From IMG/VR virus record IMGVR_UViG_3300042868_009434: a DNA stretch of 64,000 nt; one strand, 5' to 3'. The translations under genes and the position numbers were made by a program. Each line of letters opens with the position of its first letter. Position 1 is the stretch's first letter. Source of the DNA: a virus (taxonomy: Duplodnaviria; Heunggongvirae; Uroviricota; Caudoviricetes). The notes beneath the pieces are model-generated. The model did not search any database. It was not told where the DNA came from and saw only the letters and a list, made by a program, of their open reading frames with translations. Below are positions 45,615 through 55,262 of the stretch, one piece after another.

Positions 45615-46784
45615 TTATTTATCTTGAATATTATTTGATTCTTCTGAGTCACTCTCACCATCTTCAAGTCCATAATCATCCGTCTTAGCTGGTGGTAATT
45701 TTTCTTCAGTCGGTTTATTTGCCGTTCTAACACCAGGGTGTCTTGTATCTAAAATACCGGTTGCGGTTGGATTATTCTCTAATGAAACCCAATCTTTAAT
45801 TATTTTACCTTTATTTTTCCAACTTTTAGTAAACCATTGTCCATTAACTACTTTATACTGATATGGGTCTCCAGGAAACGTATAAGCTCCATCTTCTTTT
45901 GGTTGATATTCTCCACCTCCAGTATTTCCACCTCCGGTATTTCCACCTCCGGTATTTCCATCTTCTATAGGGGCTTCTTTAGGGGTACCTTCAGGGTTTT
46001 CGGTAAGTGTACCTTCCGCTTTCATAGTTTGAACGATAGCATATACACCAGCACCACCAATCAACAATCCTACCCCCCATTTTAACCAACGAGTAAATGG
46101 CCATTTTGATGCCCCTTGAGTTAAAACTTGTTTGTTCGCATCTGCCAAGATTGCTTTAATTTGAGTTGATGTTGCCGGTTTACCTCCAACAGTTACTTGT
46201 TGAATCAATTTTTCTCTAGTAAATTGACCTAAATTTTTAGTACCTAATCTAGCTTTTTCAGCTTGAGCTAATTTTTGATATTGGGCCTTTTCAGCGGCTG
46301 TGAGTCCTTGAGTACTACCAGCAGAACGATTTGCAATTTTATTAGCAATTTCATCAGCGACATCATCAGGGTATCCTCCTTTTTTAAACGCTTTTGCAAT
46401 ATCTGATTGACTTTTACCTCGATATAAATTGATAACATCATCACTATTTGTAATTGATTTAATCAATGACGATTTATCTGAGAAACTAATTGAAGGGTTT
46501 TTCAAAAATGTGTTTGTTAATAAAGTACCACTAGCATCATCCAAAGCTGTTGTTGAACCTTTCTTTAAGATGTTTTTTAAGTCATCCGCACTTGTTACTG
46601 CAATACCTGTTTTTGTTTTTAAAGTACCTTTCTTAAAAATATCATCTAAAGCCTTACCCCCTTTACTTATCAAATTCTTCCAAACTTGTGGTTGTTCTAA
46701 TAGTGGTTCTAAGTTTTCGGTTAATGTTTTCTTAACATCATAACCCATTAGTAGTTTAATTCTACTTGTTTCGTTTATATTCAT
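45615..46784 (-). CDS. Putative virion/internal protein with conserved N-terminal motif RIKLLMGYDVKKTLTEN and a Gly-rich repeat
   Basis: The N-terminal 17 aa are near-identical to the N-terminus of the 48042-48557 ORF. GGGNTGGGNTGGG and transmembrane-like segments are present. Confidence 0.5.
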   Translation of the reverse strand: MNINETSRIKLLMGYDVKKTLTENLEPLLEQPQVWKNLISKGGKALDDIFKKGTLKTKTGIAVTSADDLKNILKKGSTTALDDASGTLLTNTFLKNPSISFSDKSSLIKSITNSDDVINLYRGKSQSDIAKAFKKGGYPDDVADEIANKIANRSAGSTQGLTAAEKAQYQKLAQAEKARLGTKNLGQFTREKLIQQVTVGGKPATSTQIKAILADANKQVLTQGASKWPFTRWLKWGVGLLIGGAGVYAIVQTMKAEGTLTENPEGTPKEAPIEDGNTGGGNTGGGNTGGGEYQPKEDGAYTFPGDPYQYKVVNGQWFTKSWKNKGKIIKDWVSLENNPTATGILDTRHPGVRTANKPTEEKLPPAKTDDYGLEDGESDSEESNNIQDK

Positions 46785-46804
46785 GATTTTTATTTATAAT
46801 GTTT

Positions 46805-48052
46805 TTATTGAGGAAATTGACTTGTATCATATTTTATATTCATTGAAGCCAACTGACTTCCCATATCTAAATCGTCATTTCCGAATGAACCCGCAAATGC
46901 CCTATTATCCGCACCAAATGCGGTATTTAACCCGGCAGTTAATCCGGCAGCAGTTGCAACTTTCCCCGTTCTACTCGACAATACCTTTCCAACCGGAGCT
47001 AATTTAGTTTTTAAAGATGTACCAGTATTGGTCACCTTTTGTTTTAGATTTTTCGCAGATTTACCTACAGTTTGTTTTAAATTTCCAGACGCTTTTGCAA
47101 CATCATCAATAACACCGGTTAATTTAGTTTTTAATTGACTTGAAACTTTTTCTAAAGATTTAATTCCAAGTTTTTTCCCTAACCAACTAACCCCTTGGAG
47201 CATATACGCCCCAATTTGTGAAAGACCTGATACTATTTTTGATAGTATAGATGAAAACCATTTTACTGTTGAAGACCCTGATGTTGCCATTTTTTTAATA
47301 ATCCCACTTAACGGTAATTTAGTCCCTAAAATACCTAATTGTTTAAATATTCCAGCAACAATCTTAGCGCCTGGACCTGTCGTTACAACCCCTATTAAAT
47401 CGATAATAATATTAACCCAATCCCAACTTCCATTAATCCCCTGTAATATATCCCAAGCTAACATCGCACCCCATACAACTACTAAAATAACATTTCCAAC
47501 ACCTGAGGTTGAAGTTGCTAAAAAAGCTTGTACCGCGGCACCGCCCCAACTAAATAAAGCCTTTCTTAGATTTTCAAAAAACCAACCAAGACCTTTATTC
47601 ACTAACCAATCAGTTCCGGCATTGACCTTATCTTTTAATTTACTAAAAAATCCTTTATCTTCTGATTGTTCGTTTATTGTTAAAAAATTAGACAATGATT
47701 CTATAATATAATCCCAAGATGATGAAATAATGTCATTATCTTTACCTTCAGTTATTAAATTATTAGAATATTTTTGTTCAAATTCTAATATAAATAAATC
47801 TTTAGTTTTTCCATCAAATATTTCAGAAATACCATACACAGTTTCTCTGATAATTTTTTGAATACTTAAAAAATCAGTTATTTTATTATTATATGATTTT
47901 TGTGAATTTTCTTTTAAAAAGTTTAACCAAAAATTAATGTCGGTATTTTTAATATTAAACGATTTGTCACTAGCAATATCATATAATGTATTTTCATACA
48001 TAATGTATTGTCCGTTATGGGATAACGATAATAAATTTAAATTAAATACCAT
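46805..48052 (-). CDS. Hypothetical protein with Gly/Ala-rich hydrophobic segments
   Basis: 415 aa containing WGGAAVQAFLATSTSGVGNVILVVVWGAMLAWDIL. Confidence 0.45.
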   Translation of the reverse strand: MVFNLNLLSLSHNGQYIMYENTLYDIASDKSFNIKNTDINFWLNFLKENSQKSYNNKITDFLSIQKIIRETVYGISEIFDGKTKDLFILEFEQKYSNNLITEGKDNDIISSSWDYIIESLSNFLTINEQSEDKGFFSKLKDKVNAGTDWLVNKGLGWFFENLRKALFSWGGAAVQAFLATSTSGVGNVILVVVWGAMLAWDILQGINGSWDWVNIIIDLIGVVTTGPGAKIVAGIFKQLGILGTKLPLSGIIKKMATSGSSTVKWFSSILSKIVSGLSQIGAYMLQGVSWLGKKLGIKSLEKVSSQLKTKLTGVIDDVAKASGNLKQTVGKSAKNLKQKVTNTGTSLKTKLAPVGKVLSSRTGKVATAAGLTAGLNTAFGADNRAFAGSFGNDDLDMGSQLASMNIKYDTSQFPQ

Positions 48053-48557
48053 ATTTCATTTCTTCTTTTGATTTAACTTTACAAATTTCTTGTTTTGAAT
48101 TAACCGGTACTGTACACCAAGATTTAAGTTGTGATGATATTTTACCGACAATTGTTTTCATTAAATTCCCTGAAAACCACTCACCATCAATCGCATCATA
48201 TAAATTCTCACCATTAACTTCAGGATAAGTCTTAATTATTGCCATACTATTAGATATGTTATTAAATACTTTATTAATAACATAATCTATATCTCCTTGT
48301 CGTCCAATCCCCTCAATAGCCTTTAAGAATGCTGCTGCATTTTTTTTAGGGTCTCCCGTTGGATTTCCGTAATTTATTGTCATTTTCTCAGGATATTTCA
48401 TATATCCTTTTACAATACTCTTAAAATATTCGTCAGGACTTGCTGTCTGCTCAAAAATAACACTTTTATTTTCATTTAATGTTTTTGATGAATCATAACC
48501 CATCATTAACTTAACTCTATTTAACGCCTCTTCAGGACTATATTGTGGTTGTACCAT
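48042..48557 (-). CDS. Putative virion/internal protein with conserved N-terminal motif RVKLMMGYDSSKTLNEN
   Basis: Shares its N-terminal motif with the 45615-46784 ORF. The upstream motif is TATTTATAAAAT. Confidence 0.5.
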   Translation of the reverse strand: MVQPQYSPEEALNRVKLMMGYDSSKTLNENKSVIFEQTASPDEYFKSIVKGYMKYPEKMTINYGNPTGDPKKNAAAFLKAIEGIGRQGDIDYVINKVFNNISNSMAIIKTYPEVNGENLYDAIDGEWFSGNLMKTIVGKISSQLKSWCTVPVNSKQEICKVKSKEEMKYGI

Positions 48558-48569
48558 ATCTCAAGTATT

Positions 48570-48587
48570 TTATTTTATAAATATATC
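48570..48587 (-). promoter_or_regulatory. TATTTATAAAAT late-promoter-like motif
   Basis: The minus strand reads atatatttataaaataaaatacttgagatATG. Confidence 0.35.
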
Positions 48588-48591
48588 ATTA

Positions 48592-48843
48592 TTACCAAAT
48601 TTGATTAGCCGCTCCTCTATTTAATCCTGTTTGCCATTTTTCCCCCGCTTTTCCCAACATATTCGCTTTACCTCGTGTTAATGTATAAAAATCTGACCAT
48701 TTAGGGACTGACCCTCCACCACCTCCTGAAGATGGTGCAGATGAGGCAGGTGCAGCGTCTTGCTCACCAATTTCATCTTTCGATTCAGTTGATGGAGTGT
48801 ATTTTTTGAAGAAATCAATAAGTGCGTTAATATCTGTAACCAT
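48592..48843 (-). CDS. Hypothetical protein with a Gly/Ser/Pro-rich segment
   Basis: 83-aa ORF. Confidence 0.35.
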   Translation of the reverse strand: MVTDINALIDFFKKYTPSTESKDEIGEQDAAPASSAPSSGGGGGSVPKWSDFYTLTRGKANMLGKAGEKWQTGLNRGAANQIW

Positions 48844-48877
48844 TTTTAATATTTTTTTTTGTTATTTAAATAAATAG

Positions 48878-49429
48878 TTGTACTTTAGCCGTATGAAAAA
48901 AATAATCTTAATATTATCGGTATGTTTCTTACTTTTTTCCTGTGAAGCGTATGTAACAGAAAAAAGTGATGTAACACTTAGTGGGAAATATGTGGTTTCC
49001 AAATTAGACATTACTAACGTTGACCAAAATCAAACAAGAGATTCTTTATATCTTCTTGGGACAACGTATAACAACTCATCACTACCAAAACCATTTGATG
49101 TAATACCAATTAATCATTTTTACATTCATATGGATTATGCATCAATTAGAATGAAATTAGTAGGAGTTACTCAAGGTGGTCAAGACATTTGGGGTTATGG
49201 TAATGCACCCAATGAAATTTTTTACAGAATCTTAAATAATAACTCTTATGACCTTGGATACCTACAATTTGATTACATCACGGACAATGGTTCTTCTCGA
49301 AGAATTACATTTCACATTGAACATGACGGATATGAAAGTCTTCAGTTAAAGAGTGTTGGTGGTTGGTTTAATGGTAAGTACGGTGAAAAACAAGTTATGA
49401 CAATGTTTTTAACAAGAGTGGGTCCTTAA
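48878..49429 (+). CDS. Putative lipoprotein
   Basis: Signal peptide and lipobox MKKIILILSVCFLLFSC. Confidence 0.5.
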   Translation: MYFSRMKKIILILSVCFLLFSCEAYVTEKSDVTLSGKYVVSKLDITNVDQNQTRDSLYLLGTTYNNSSLPKPFDVIPINHFYIHMDYASIRMKLVGVTQGGQDIWGYGNAPNEIFYRILNNNSYDLGYLQFDYITDNGSSRRITFHIEHDGYESLQLKSVGGWFNGKYGEKQVMTMFLTRVGP

Positions 49430-49749
49430 TAAAACTCACTCTTTGGTAATTGAGATGGGTTAATCAAATAATATTCATTTAAGAATACGATTAACTCATC
49501 TTCATCCAATTCAATTGTTTCTTCTTCAAAAATACCTCCTTCATAATCCTCATCGTCCCCAAAAAAGTCAAATGACTCAGTAACAAGGTCAAATCCGTAT
49601 TCCTCAACAATAGTATAATCAATTGTGTCGTTTCTTAACACATCTTCTTCATCTTCAATAGTTCTAAATGAAACCTCAATAATATTTGTGTCGCCATTTA
49701 GATAATATGATATAATTTCTTTAATTTCCATAATTAGTTTTATAAACAA
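49426..49749 (-). CDS. Hypothetical acidic protein
   Basis: 107-aa ORF. Confidence 0.4.
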   Translation of the reverse strand: MFIKLIMEIKEIISYYLNGDTNIIEVSFRTIEDEEDVLRNDTIDYTIVEEYGFDLVTESFDFFGDDEDYEGGIFEEETIELDEDELIVFLNEYYLINPSQLPKSEFY

Positions 49750-49845
49750 ATATTCTAAAACATATCAAAAGACAAAATTTTATCAAGAAATACAATGTTT
49801 TTATCAATATTTATTCTTATATTTTTATCATAAAAACATAATAAA

Positions 49846-50427
49846 ATGAGATTCAATTCATTAACTATCGACGACTTTTATGCCGACCCAATGCAGGTTA
49901 GAGAATTTGCACTTAAACAAGAATTTAAAGTTAGAGGTAATTATCCGGGACAAAGAACCGTATCGTTTTTAAACGACCCAATTAAAAAGAAATTAAGAGA
50001 TATATTATACCCATTTGCTGGTGAAATCACAGATTGGGGAGGAGAATACACAGGTTCTTTCCAATATACCACAGCTGCGGACAGGTCATGGATTCATGCT
50101 GACTCAACAACTGATTGGGCAGCGGTTTGTTATTTAACACCTGACGCACCCGTAACTGCAGGGACAGGTATTTTTAGACATAAAGAAACCGGATGGATGA
50201 ATTTTGATTATAAAAGACAAAATGACCCTGAGTATATGAAACAATCTCCTCCGGGACATGATATGCAGGATTATACAAAATGGGAAATGGTGGACCGAGT
50301 TGGTAATGTGTTTAATCGACTAATAATGTATAGAGCCGACAACTATCACGTATCTTTAGATTATTTTGGGAAAGACCTTAACGACGGAAGATTATTTCAA
50401 GTATTCTTTTTCAATACAGAACGTTAA
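49846..50427 (+). CDS. Putative 2OG-Fe(II) oxygenase-superfamily protein
   Basis: A facial-triad-like arrangement: HxD in SWIHADSTTDW and a second His in YRADNYHVS. Confidence 0.35.
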   Translation: MRFNSLTIDDFYADPMQVREFALKQEFKVRGNYPGQRTVSFLNDPIKKKLRDILYPFAGEITDWGGEYTGSFQYTTAADRSWIHADSTTDWAAVCYLTPDAPVTAGTGIFRHKETGWMNFDYKRQNDPEYMKQSPPGHDMQDYTKWEMVDRVGNVFNRLIMYRADNYHVSLDYFGKDLNDGRLFQVFFFNTER

Positions 50428-50858
50428 CATTTATGGTTTAAGATTAAATCCGGATTAAGTTCTCCAATAATTTTTAAAACTCCATCAATACAATAACAAA
50501 GCTCCAAAGTTGTTATTGTTTTTTCAAACTTTTTAAATCCAATAACAACAGGGTGAAAACAAGTATTTTTACTTTTAGGGGTAAAGTTAAAATTTGGGTT
50601 CCATAAATTACTATATGGAATCCCTAATTCATGTAAAAAATCTATTGAGTCTTCGGTATACGACTCAAAATATGGTACACCTATTTCTTTTAACAGTATA
50701 TTCAGATGTAATTTACTGACTTTATTATTACCCTCTTCAATTGAACGAAGAGTTAAATCTCCATTGTTTTGATTTTTTTGTAAAAAATGCCAAAGAAAGA
50801 TATCGTTTTCTTTGGCAATCCTATAAAAATCTTTATAAGAAACTTTCACACTATCCAT
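50424..50858 (-). CDS. Hypothetical protein
   Basis: 144-aa ORF. Confidence 0.4.
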   Translation of the reverse strand: MDSVKVSYKDFYRIAKENDIFLWHFLQKNQNNGDLTLRSIEEGNNKVSKLHLNILLKEIGVPYFESYTEDSIDFLHELGIPYSNLWNPNFNFTPKSKNTCFHPVVIGFKKFEKTITTLELCYCIDGVLKIIGELNPDLILNHKC

Positions 50859-51457
50859 TATCTAAAATTTGCACCACATAACCAAGTCACTAATGACTTT
50901 CTTGTACCCGAAGTTAATGGGGTCACCCTATGTAATAAAAATGACGGGAAAAAACAAATTGTCCCTAACCCTTTAGGGACTTCAATAATATTACCACCAG
51001 GATTCATTTGTAGAATACCTCCTTCATATTCTTCAGGTGATGATAATTGTAAAACACAAGATAATTTTCTATTTGAAATGCCTGGTCCTAAATCAACATG
51101 CCAATCATAGTGACCACCATCACCGTAGTACTTAGTAAATTGTAACAGGTCTTGATAATCCCAAATATCAAAATTCCACATTTCTTTATTTGCAATTTTT
51201 GCATAATTAGCAATTTTCTCATATATCCATGAAGTTTCTTCTGTTTCATTAATCCAAGAAATATCACTTACTCGATATTCTGAAACACCTACTTCATTAT
51301 CATGACCAACAGTGGTTCCGGGTGTTATTGGTAAATTTTCACCAATTTCAATTATTTTAAGAATTTCTTCTTGTGTGAACGCGTTAGTAAAATAATAATA
51401 ATTCATGTGATTAATATTAGTCCTATGTTCCGGTAAAAAATGATTTGTTAATGACAT
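50858..51457 (-). CDS. Prolyl-4-hydroxylase-like 2OG-Fe(II) oxygenase (PKHD type)
   Basis: HVDLG (HxD), RKLSCVLQL, EGGILQ and FFPSFLLHRVTPLTSGTRKSLVTW. The start is taken at the internal Met. Confidence 0.7.
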   Translation of the reverse strand: MSLTNHFLPEHRTNINHMNYYYFTNAFTQEEILKIIEIGENLPITPGTTVGHDNEVGVSEYRVSDISWINETEETSWIYEKIANYAKIANKEMWNFDIWDYQDLLQFTKYYGDGGHYDWHVDLGPGISNRKLSCVLQLSSPEEYEGGILQMNPGGNIIEVPKGLGTICFFPSFLLHRVTPLTSGTRKSLVTWLCGANFR

Positions 51458-51514
51458 TTGTGTTTTTTTTATTAAATTAATTATAATTAATATTATTAAT
51501 AATTTCAACACAAT

Positions 51515-52768
51515 ATGAGAAAACATAAAATAATTGATACCATTTTTTTTTACGATGAAATAGAAATGTTGTATTTTAGGTTATCAGAGTTAGATGAGTA
51601 TGTCGATGAATTCGTTATTATGGAATGTGAAATGGATTTTAAAGGTAATCCTAAACCATTAAATTATCTTGAAAATATTGATTTATTTAAAAAATGGAAG
51701 GATAAAATCACCTATTTACCAACTCCAAGTATAACGTTTAATGAAATCAACACAATTTACGAATCAATATCATTCACAAAAAAATTCAATAAAACAAATG
51801 ATAAGATTGTTGGTAAAGACGACATTAGATTTTTTCAAATAATTACACTTATTGGAATTTTATTAGAAAAACCGATAGGTCTTGATGATTTAATTTTAAT
51901 TTCAGATGTTGATGAAATCCCGGACTTATCAAAAGTATCATCATTTAAATCCCAACTTAAATTTGGTGTGATTGTTTTAAGACAAACTAATTTTACGTGG
52001 ACAACAAAATATTTTGATATAATACCTAATATGGGAACAATTGGATTTCAATTTAACCGATTAGTAACTAACCCTGAAATTGTTTATAAAGCATATTTTA
52101 ACAAATCATTACCTTCCAATTTGGACTTTGAGATTATTGATAATGGTTATCATTTATCTCATTTTTATGATTTAGAAAAAACAATATCCAAATTAAAATT
52201 ACTTCACGATGAAAATTGTGAATATGATTTAAGTGAGTTAGATAGTAAGGTAAGATATTCATATGAGAATTTAACATCAATCAAAACCAATTCTAATGAA
52301 AAAATTTATAATTTAATTGATTATAATGGTGAATTACCTAAAAATATTGAACTATTAAAGAATCAAACTATTGGAAGGTTGTGGGACAAAAAAAGTTTAA
52401 TTGTACTTAATCATATTGGAGAATACAATGATTTTGAGATGGAGGAAATGTTTGACAATATTTGTGTAATTAATTTTACTGATAACACACAACTACCATA
52501 CGAAACCGAATTGTCCGAAAAAACAACTTATTATAACATATTAAAACCCTTTGAGGTTTATTATAAAACAGATGATGTTTTGGATTTAAAGACTTTTCAA
52601 AAAATATTTTGTATTAATGACGTAAAAAAAATTGTTCGAGAATTATTACCAATAGACCAAGATTTAATTGTTTTTTCTAATAGTGAAAATCCAACAAATA
52701 ACGTCGTACACCCGTGGAAAGAAGTTAAAAATAATTTTATTTACGATTTAGTTAAAGATATTCTATAA
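51515..52768 (+). CDS. GT17-like glycosyltransferase (putative)
   Basis: N-terminal IDTIFFYDEIEMLYFRLSELDEYVDEFVIMECEMDFKGNPKPL resembles the Glyco_transf_17 core. Confidence 0.5.
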   Translation: MRKHKIIDTIFFYDEIEMLYFRLSELDEYVDEFVIMECEMDFKGNPKPLNYLENIDLFKKWKDKITYLPTPSITFNEINTIYESISFTKKFNKTNDKIVGKDDIRFFQIITLIGILLEKPIGLDDLILISDVDEIPDLSKVSSFKSQLKFGVIVLRQTNFTWTTKYFDIIPNMGTIGFQFNRLVTNPEIVYKAYFNKSLPSNLDFEIIDNGYHLSHFYDLEKTISKLKLLHDENCEYDLSELDSKVRYSYENLTSIKTNSNEKIYNLIDYNGELPKNIELLKNQTIGRLWDKKSLIVLNHIGEYNDFEMEEMFDNICVINFTDNTQLPYETELSEKTTYYNILKPFEVYYKTDDVLDLKTFQKIFCINDVKKIVRELLPIDQDLIVFSNSENPTNNVVHPWKEVKNNFIYDLVKDIL

Positions 52769-52800
52769 AAAAACCCCTCATTATTGAGGGGTTAGTTTTA
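52766..52800. terminator. Bidirectional terminator hairpin
   Basis: aacccctcattattgaggggtt between convergent genes. Confidence 0.55.
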
Positions 52801-53832
52801 ATTATATCTGCTCATTCTGTTAAACATCTCTGAGATTTTATTTTTTTGAGTTTTGAAATCTTCTTGAAGGTCGGTGTCAATTTCTTCCCACTCATCCTCA
52901 GAATCATCTCCGTCAAAATCTCCATTGTGAGTTGCAAATCCAAAATCATTTTCTTCTTCATCCTCATCCTCATTATAACTGAATCTTTGGTATGGTCCGG
53001 CACTACCAGGTCCATCACTATCAAAATCGTAAGCTGGGTCCATATCTCCGTAAATTCCTTGAGAACCTGAAACATCAACTTCCCCTATTTCTCCTTCATT
53101 ACTCAATTTGTCAATTGCATAATCAATTACGATTGGAGCTGCGATTCTTGCAACAGTTCCCCATCCTTGTTCTTTTATTTCATCATCCGCCCACGCAGAT
53201 TCCATTCTCTCATATTCAACTTCTTCGTCATCATATTCATTAACCGGATAAACACCACCAGGCCCTTCTGATTCAAAATCATACGCTGGTTCAACAGAAT
53301 CAGTATCCATATCATCGACATTTCCACCTTGTTCGCCAAGTTCGTCAGTCGATAATTCAATATCTTCAAAACCATCATCATCAATTATATCATCTTCTTT
53401 ATAAAGATTTTTATGCATTCCTTCAAATGTTCCGTAATCGTTTCCTCCACCTTCAACATAATCAAAATCTCCATGTGATAGGTTTAAATCTCTTTCTTTA
53501 TAGATATCGTCTAGATGTCCTGTTTCTTCTTCCATTTGTCCGTAACCACATTCCATGCATTCACCTTCGGTCATTTGACCTCCACATTGTTCACACATAG
53601 ATTTTTCTTCAACTTGTTCGTTGATTCCAAAGTTTGTATATTTCTTAACTTCACCTTTATTATTAACAACAAGTCCTTCTTTATCACCTGCCGGGTCATA
53701 TACGTATAATGGTTGGGTATTTGATACTTGAGGTTGCATTGTTTGGTAACCGTTGTATAAACTTCTGTGTTGGTCTAATATATCCGACTTTTCCGCCGCT
53801 GACAATTGACCTATTCCATAATTTGTTCTCAT
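52798..53832 (-). CDS. Acidic protein with a zinc-ribbon motif (CEQCGG..CMECG)
   Basis: 344 aa and D/E-rich. Preceded by a TATTTATAAT motif. Confidence 0.45.
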   Translation of the reverse strand: MRTNYGIGQLSAAEKSDILDQHRSLYNGYQTMQPQVSNTQPLYVYDPAGDKEGLVVNNKGEVKKYTNFGINEQVEEKSMCEQCGGQMTEGECMECGYGQMEEETGHLDDIYKERDLNLSHGDFDYVEGGGNDYGTFEGMHKNLYKEDDIIDDDGFEDIELSTDELGEQGGNVDDMDTDSVEPAYDFESEGPGGVYPVNEYDDEEVEYERMESAWADDEIKEQGWGTVARIAAPIVIDYAIDKLSNEGEIGEVDVSGSQGIYGDMDPAYDFDSDGPGSAGPYQRFSYNEDEDEEENDFGFATHNGDFDGDDSEDEWEEIDTDLQEDFKTQKNKISEMFNRMSRYN

Positions 53833-53841
53833 AAATAAGTT

Positions 53842-53858
53842 TTATTATAAATACACAC
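53842..53858 (-). promoter_or_regulatory. TATTTATAATAAAAC late-promoter-like motif
   Basis: The minus strand reads gtgtatttataataaaacttatttATG. Confidence 0.35.
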
Positions 53859-54040
53859 GATTTACCCTTTTTATGTTTGACATATCGAAAATACCTGATT
53901 ATATTTAATTAAGACAAGTGAAAGGTTGATAATTCATTTGATAGTATCTTGGTAATTTACTCTTCGCCTAATATCAACCCCACTTGTTTTTTTTTTCTTC
54001 ACTATTTTTTTATTCCAATTTAATTTAATATCTTTGTCCT

Positions 54041-54703
54041 ATGATTAAGATAGAAAAAGACAGAAAAGTTTTTGTAACGTCTGATACACACTACGGACAT
54101 AAAAACATTTGCCGTGGGGTGACAAATTGGAGATTACCGGATGGTAGTATTCCAATAGACCAAACAAGAGATTTCAAAACAATAGAACAAATGAACGAAT
54201 CTATTGTTAGTGGAATCAATAGTGTTGTTGGTGAAGATGATGTATTAATTCACTTGGGTGACTGGTCTTTTGGTGGGTTTGAAAACATCCAAAAGTTTAG
54301 AGATAGAATTGTGTGTAAAGAGATTCACCTTATATTAGGTAATCACGACCACCACATTCAAAATAACCGAGGTGAGTGTCAGGAACTATTTGCAAGCGTT
54401 ACTCGTTCAACAACAATGACATACAAATTCAAAACATTTGAATTATTTCACTACCCTATTGCGTCTTGGGAAAACCTAAACAGAGGAGTTATTCACCTTC
54501 ACGGGCACGTTCACTTACCAACAAACTTAAGATTTGGTAAAGGTAAAAAAATGGATGTTGGTATAGATGGTCACCCAACTTTTGGAGTATATGATATGGA
54601 CGATATCATAAGAATTATGGATAAACGTGATATTGTGTCAGATATGTTATTTGACCACCACACGGATGAGGTTGAAACCGAAGATGGAAAAAAAAGAAAA
54701 TAA
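54041..54703 (+). CDS. Calcineurin-like metallophosphoesterase
   Basis: Metal-binding motifs TSDTHYGH, HLGDWS, GNHDHH and HGHVH. Confidence 0.7.
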   Translation: MIKIEKDRKVFVTSDTHYGHKNICRGVTNWRLPDGSIPIDQTRDFKTIEQMNESIVSGINSVVGEDDVLIHLGDWSFGGFENIQKFRDRIVCKEIHLILGNHDHHIQNNRGECQELFASVTRSTTMTYKFKTFELFHYPIASWENLNRGVIHLHGHVHLPTNLRFGKGKKMDVGIDGHPTFGVYDMDDIIRIMDKRDIVSDMLFDHHTDEVETEDGKKRK

Positions 54704-54757
54704 AATTAGGATAGTAAATTTTAATTACTTACCTTTGTCAAACAAAAATATAAAAAT

Positions 54758-54979
54758 ATGCAAACATTGATTTTTAACACAACAACAAAAAAAGTTCAGT
54801 TGTTGTCGGGTTCAAAAGGGGACTCAAAAGTATTAGAGGCATTTGATAATGTGTCTACCGTAAAATGTTCAGAACTTGGATATTACGAAATTATGCAGAA
54901 ATCAGATGCTAGAGAGGCAACTGCAATTCCTGTGATGAGATTACCAATTTCAAATACCAATATGTTAATTGAAAAATAG
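54758..54979 (+). CDS. Hypothetical small protein
   Basis: 73-aa ORF. Confidence 0.35.
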   Translation: MQTLIFNTTTKKVQLLSGSKGDSKVLEAFDNVSTVKCSELGYYEIMQKSDAREATAIPVMRLPISNTNMLIEK

Positions 54980-55262
54980 TATGAAGAAAATTGCGATTGT
55001 TATTGGGATTTTATTAGTAACGATTGGTTTAGTCGAAACAATTGATTTATCATTTTATCTGATGAATCGTCCGGACACATATCTATTCAATTTAGGTCTT
55101 GTATTGTTTGGATTACAATTATTAGGGTTTGCTGCTATAGGTGGTTTTATGTATGATTTAGTATCGAGATGGTCTAAAGATAAGGAACCGGAAATAACAA
55201 CCAAAGAACCTCAAAAACCAAAGAAGAAAAATAAAAATAACTTAAAACAAGAAAAAAAATGA
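54969..55262 (+). CDS. Small membrane protein with two transmembrane helices and a basic tail
   Basis: Hydrophobic segments IAIVIGILLVTIGLV and LGLVLFGLQLLGFAAIGGF. Its start overlaps the next gene. Confidence 0.45.
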   Translation: MKNSMKKIAIVIGILLVTIGLVETIDLSFYLMNRPDTYLFNLGLVLFGLQLLGFAAIGGFMYDLVSRWSKDKEPEITTKEPQKPKKKNKNNLKQEKK

